This document shows, one piece after another, positions 58,046-64,000 of a stretch of 64,000 bases of DNA (position 1 is the stretch's first letter; the number at the start of each line of letters is the position of its first letter). This DNA comes from the human T2T-CHM13v2.0 reference genome, Homo sapiens. Made by a program: the position numbers and the translations under genes. The notes beneath the pieces are model-generated. The model saw only the letters and a program-made list of their open reading frames with translations. It made no database searches and had not been told where the DNA came from. The DNA is taken from assembly GCF_009914755.1 (NCBI RefSeq), contig NC_060933.1. One strand, 5' to 3'.

Positions 58046-59829
58046 TCTGCTCTGCTCCTCCATGCCCTAGTTTTGACAGGGAAAATTCTCCATTGTGGAA
58101 GACAAGTGGTCACTCAGCTCTACCGAGAATGGGGGTGGATGACTCCATGTAATTCAGGGATGAAGGATTAGAAGCCCCTTTGGCAAATTGTCCTAACACC
58201 ACTTGTTTCTTTTACAGCATCATCAGTTAGAAGGGTGATATCCTGATAGCCTGTGTTGATTTCATCTGCCTCCAGAGCCAGGCATGAAATAAAGGAATAA
58301 AATGTACTGAACTCCCTCAACCACCTCCATTAGAGAGAGTTAGGAGGGGCTGGAAGAATTAGATGAAATTTAAAGTGTCAGATACAGAGAATGAGGAGGG
58401 GTGGAGTGAGAGAGAAGAAAATGCCCAGCTTTGAATATATTACGAAGTCTGGTCTTTATTCTAAAGTCATTGAAGGGCCACTGAAGGCCTTGAAGAGAAT
58501 ATATCTGATTTGTATTTTAGAGAGATTATTCTGGCTGCAGTGAAGAGAATAAATTAAAGGGGCACAGGACTGGAGGCAGGGAGAGCAGTTAATTGCTCTT
58601 GATAAGAGATGGATTGATGGCTGAGACTAGGGCACTGTCAATGGGAATGGAGAAAAGTGGATTAGTTATCTTTAAGTCTCCTTAATATTTGAGAATTCTC
58701 TGAGTGCCTCTTAAACTCTAAGTCTTTAGCAAAACAAGAAAAATGCTAATTGTTACTTTTATTGTTAAACCATCCTGGGTCCTTCCTTCTTCAACGTATT
58801 TACCACAATAGCCGCTTACACTCCAAAGTAACAGTTCTAGATGTATAATATAATACTGCTCCCAAAGGGAGAAGTATGGATGAATAGTCCACAAACAGCC
58901 CATTGCTACTCCTTTCGTAACCTCTTTGAGACGAAGAGGTGGGTCTTCCCACTTTGAAGAGTTGCAAGTCGAGCTGAGGCTGTGTAAAGTGTAATGTATT
59001 ATAACTTTCAACAGTTACTGTGGCCTTTGTGCCAAACATGTTTCCACATTTTAGTTCATTTAATCCTCACAGCAACCCTGTCAATACAGCTATGATTCTC
59101 CCAACTTAGAGTCTAAGAACACTAAGGGGCAGAGGTGGAGACACATGTTTCCTACCAAATTGCCATACTCACGTAGAGACAAATAATATCTTTCAGAGTC
59201 AGAGAACTGAAATAGCTTAACAGAATTCACATTCTTAATGTGTCTTGGTGTTTGGATTTTTTAAAATGTCTTTATTATAATCACTCTCCTTAGGGGGTAT
59301 TGTTATTTTTAAACTGAGAAATAAAATGCCTGGGTATAAAGAAATAGTGTCTTGCCTGAAAGCACCAAAAATGAATCCATAAAAATTTTTAAAAGATTTA
59401 GGAAGAGAAATGACTTGGGTCTGGAAATTATGTTTCTTCAGTGAACTATACCATTCCCTGGACTTAACAAGGGAGAATATGATTTCCATTAATATCAGTG
59501 GTTCTTAAACAGGTGGAATGTTGTGAATCCCTTTTAAAATATGAAGCACCATTATAGATTATGTCTTCCACTAAATGCACAAAACATAAAACTTAGTACA
59601 TAATTTTAACTATTTTAAAGAATGCCTTCATGACTCTTCTCTATAAATCCCACATTCTAACTAACTCCAGACCCTGAAGTATTATGCAAATATAAATACC
59701 AGCCTTTAGTTTTGGTTGCTTTTTTACTAAAATATGGTGCAGGTGAAAATTCACTGGCTAAGAGTCAGAAGACTTGGGCTTCTGCCTCAGGTCTGCCAGA
59801 TACGCAGTGAATCACACTGATCCAGACTC

Positions 59830-60795
59830 AGTGGCATACAGCAATAAGAGCATGTGTATCTTGCATATCTGCAGGTCCATTGGGGAATGATCAGTCTAGG
59901 CTAGAGTTATCTGGGGAATATCTCTTCATATCTCTCTTCCTGTTTCTGAAACCAGTGAGTTAGCCTGGGCATATGTTTCTTCCAACAAAGACAAAAATTT
60001 AAGCCAGCAGGCAAAAACATATGAAACCTCTTAACAGTCATGCATGGGACTTGCACGATGGCATTTCTGCCAAATTCTGTGACACAAAGTAAGTCACACA
60101 GCCAAACCCAAAGTGAAAAAGTAAGGAAATATGCCACATTAGTTTACTATGCTGTATAACATATGACCAAAAACAGCAACTTAAACAAAAACACACTTAT
60201 GATCTCGTAGCTTTTGCAGGTCAAGTTTTTGAACAAGGTTTTGTTGCATTCTCTACAAGACTGCAATTCAAGTGTCAAGCAAGTCTCTGTTTTCATCTGG
60301 AGACTCAACTGGTGATGCACCCACTTCCAAACTTTCTCAGGTTATTGACCAAATTGATTTCCTTGTGGCTGTAAATCGAAGGACTTCAGTTTCTTGCTTG
60401 GTTTCTAGATGCTGCTGGCAGTCCTTGCACATGGGCTTCTCCAACATGGCCATGCTTCATGGCAGCTTTGCTTCTTCACTGCCAGCAATGGAGAGTGAGT
60501 CTGCCAGCAAGATGGTGTCTTTTATGACAAAATGTATTCACATAATCACATTCACATTGTAATCTTGCCCCATCACCTTTGACATCTTCTATTGGTTAGA
60601 AGCAAGACACAGGTCCTACCCACATTCCATGGGAGGGAATTACACACAGGCGTGAATACCAAGAGGTCGGGTCTTGGGGATACCTTACAATCTGTCTGCC
60701 ACATCCCATTTAGAGTGAGAAATTGCCAGATCTACATGGCAAAGGGTATGGATACAAAAACAGATTAGGACTTGAGGCTGGTAGTCAATCCACCA
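59830..60795 (-). mobile_element. Nested MaLR LTRs (MLT1D/E-like ~60135-60703 inside an older MLT1)
   Basis: Outer: gcatgggacttgcac...aagtcacacagccaaaccc / acatggcaaagggtatggatac; inner: ctattggttagaagcaag...cgtgaataccaagagg...tctgtctgccaca. Confidence 0.6.
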
Positions 60796-63511
60796 ACATA
60801 TTACAGAGTCACAGGAATCAATGGAGGGCCACAAAGGACAAGACTGTCAGGAAGGGCTCTCTGCAGAAGCAATGCTTGGACACAGACATGAACACATGAA
60901 GGGACCAGTGGTGTCACAACAGTTTAGAAGAGTTTGGGAACTGTGAAAAATATGCAGAAATTGAGAGCCTGAATATGCTTTAAAATGGACCATTGCTCAG
61001 CCTATTCTCAAATGACGGCTGAGACACCAGGTCTTTCCTAATCTTCCAATTATATTGACTGCTTAAATTGCTGTGCCAGAAACCCATCTTCCAGACAAAG
61101 GGTACCAAGTGGCTAATGAGGTGAGGAGGAGATCATGAGCGGAAACGCCAGGAGTTTATGCCCAACAGAACATATCTCTGTGATGCACACTGGGGCAGAG
61201 GAGAGAACACGTGAAAGACACAGAGACTGAGGGAGACTTCTGAGAGACACCAAGGGCTGGAGATCATGGCAGTTCACACTATGAAGGAGGTGGCTTTGCT
61301 CAGCCTGTGGTGGACAACTTGGTGGAAGGCTGAGGCACCAGGTTAATTGACTGAACTGGAGAATGTGATGTTTGCTTAATGGAAGAGGCAATTTCATATA
61401 AAAGCCAGTGCGCTCAGACAGATGTGAGGATTGTCCCTAAGCCATGTCACCTTTCTGAGCATCAGATTCTTAATCAGTGAAATGGGAGGGTTCAGCCTAA
61501 GTTAGGGGTTCAAGCAGGTGACAGTGGTGTCTGCTGTCAATCTTTTGTGAGACAATAGATTACGATTTTTATATTTCTCTTGAATTTGTCTTGTTCTTAG
61601 TTGCACTGACTTTTAAAATACGATTAAAGTTAAAAAAATGATCAAATATACATTGATTTGTGGCCTCTATTAGACAGTTCCAAAAGTTCTTTTCAGCTCT
61701 AGGTAAAGCGCTTAGCCCAGACCTTGGCACATCATAAAATTTCCATAAAATGATTGCTATTATTATTATCAATTATATTATTTCATGATTTTCCTCAAGA
61801 TGTTAAATGCAAATGTACTTGGAGAGGTACTACATTAAAATGTCATCAGCCACTAATTTTACAGCTAATTTAGTGAATCCCTATCCAGAGTCCAAGAGAG
61901 ATAAAGGACTCTAACTTTTGCATGGTAGGTGCTCCAGTAATGTATTTTTAAATTAGTAAGTAAGGTTCAGCTACATGTAAGTCCTAAATACTGGTTAATA
62001 CCTAATAACAATGATTTATAACTTGTATATAGAAATGCAAAGTATACCAAGCACACAACTATTGATTATCTCATATTCTCCCCACATCGGCCCTTGGAGG
62101 TAGGAAGGAGAGACATATTTCTCACTTTGTAGGTGAACAAACTGAGGGTCAGGTGGGTTAAGACACTTTCCCAAGGTCCCAAAGTAAGTTGTAGAATCAG
62201 GAATAATACATATGCCATTCCTTCTGACATAACTCTGTGTTTCATTCAAAGGGACGGTCCCAGAATCACACAGGAGTACTTGCTATTCCCCAGTCCCCAT
62301 TATGAACACTTATTAATCGATAGGATAGAAATGTGGTCCTGGGAGTTATATTTTTTTAAAGTTCCTAAGGTAAATCTGGTGGAGGAGCTACGGCATTAGA
62401 TTGTAAGCTTTGAGAGAGCAGGAGCCATGTCTGTCTTTCTCACTTGGGTGCAATATCTAGCATGACCAACTAATAGCAATTAAATGAATGAAAGAATGAA
62501 TGACCACATTGCCTTACTACCCCCTGAGAAGTCAAAATTAATTAAAATCAGTGGGCTTTGTGGGGAGGTACAAAGACTGTACAGCCACAGAGACAAACAC
62601 TGAGTTTAAATTTAAATTCAGCATTAAGCCTCATGCACTTACTATGTAAGACTGCACTAGGCTTTGGGAATACATGGTGAATAAAAAACACTCCTTCCCT
62701 CAAGATGCTCTCACCTGGTAGGAAGATAAGTCCAGAAGGAAGGGAACCAATACACAGAATATAAGGCAAACAACACCAATTCTGATAAGTGGTGTTAGCT
62801 GGGCACCTGCTAACTGCCAGCACCTTATGTATGTAATCTTATTTCAAAGTTCCAAATAAGAGAAGAAAAAGCTGTAGAGTTGCAGAGAGGAGGAGATGTA
62901 CTTCACTTCCTCCTCAGGTTTGCTTTGCTCACCTGCATAAATAGCCGCTTCCTCTGGGACTGGATGGCTATCTGCAGAGGCGAGAGGCAGGGGCTTTCTT
63001 GACCTCTTTCAGAGAAGCCTGTGATGGAAACATCAGAGGTTGAGGCAATAAGCGTCTTCAGCTAGAGAAACTGAGGCAAGAAATTTACAATAGGCCTGTC
63101 TTTCAAATTTTCTAGTACAGAAGAAAGGGAATTTCTTGGATCTGTGATTCTTTACTTAATCATACAAATCCCCTGATGCCACCACCCCCATTCCACTTCC
63201 TACACTTTTTATAGGTCCCTAAAATCTAGCAAAAACATTTCTTTATTCCTAGTTAACAACTCTATGACCCAAAACCGACTTTGTCACAACAGTTTCCTAA
63301 ATACGGTTCGTATCTCCTTCCTACCTTTACAACTCTCTATTGACCAGTGGCTTAATAAAGTACAAAGTGAAAATACAAAATACCTATAGGACAACTTTCC
63401 ATGATTCCATGAGGCCCAGAGGATTAAACCAAGGGTTTACTACCTGACCCCTGCTCCACCTGGCCCCTTATCTTTAGCTCTTCTTCTTTCCAATAGACAT
63501 TAAGATTACTA

Positions 63512-64000
63512 TTTTTCTTTAACTTTTATTTTAAGTTCAAGGGTACATGTGCAGGTCTGTTATATAGGTAAACCCACGTCATGGGGGTTTATTGTACAGA
63601 TTATTTTGACTCCCAGGTATTAAGACTAGTCTCCATCAGTTATTTTTCCTGATCCTCTCCCTCCTCCCACCCTCCACCCTCTTGTAGGCCCCAGTGTGTG
63701 TTGTTCCCTTCTATATGTCCATATGTTCTCATCATTTAGCTCCCACTTATAAGTGAGAACATGTAGTATTTGGTTTTCTGTTCTTGTATTAGTTTGCTAA
63801 GGATAATGGTTTCTACCTCTATCCATGTTCCTGGAAAGGACATGATCTTATTGTTTTTCATGGCTGCATATTATTCCATCATGTATATGTACCACATTTT
63901 CTTTATCCAGTCTATCATTTGTGGACATTTAGGTTGATTCCATGTCTTTGCTATTGTGAATCGTGCTGCAGTGAACATATGCATACATGTGTCTTTATGA
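63512..64000 (-). mobile_element. L1PA15/16-like 3' end, continuing beyond the window
   Basis: ttttaagttcaagggtacatgtgcagg...tataggtaaacccacgtcatggggg...ctcccacttataagtgagaacatg. Confidence 0.9.

Overview
Human genomic DNA: an AluYa5 carrying all five diagnostic positions, primate L1PA elements, and mammalian MIR/L2/MLT/MER repeats. I can support no protein-coding gene, RNA gene or CRISPR array. The long ORFs are L1 ORF2 remnants, Alu/L1 antisense read-throughs or low-complexity translations. The window reads as intergenic or intronic and is dominated by interspersed repeats: about 12 Alus, 5 L1PA copies (two with twin-priming inversions) plus a tail-less L1 fragment, several MLT/ERV solo LTRs, hAT DNA-transposon MITEs, and L2/MIR/CR1 fossils. 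Non-repeat signals are a weak CpG island with a strong CTCF motif at the left edge, a TGTAATTA homeodomain-motif array with exact 28-bp phasing (16.57-16.71 kb), and an AP-1/ARE + GRHL motif cluster (33.1-33.4 kb). The most unusual structures are a trimeric old/young chimeric Alu (38.8-39.3 kb) and a tail-less L1 fragment duplicating part of the neighbouring L1, with an apparent gene-conversion tract (50.2 vs 51.7 kb). I found no evidence for a novel multi-gene system and cannot name the locus from sequence alone. Repeat subfamily names come from my recall of consensus sequences and need RepeatMasker/Dfam confirmation.
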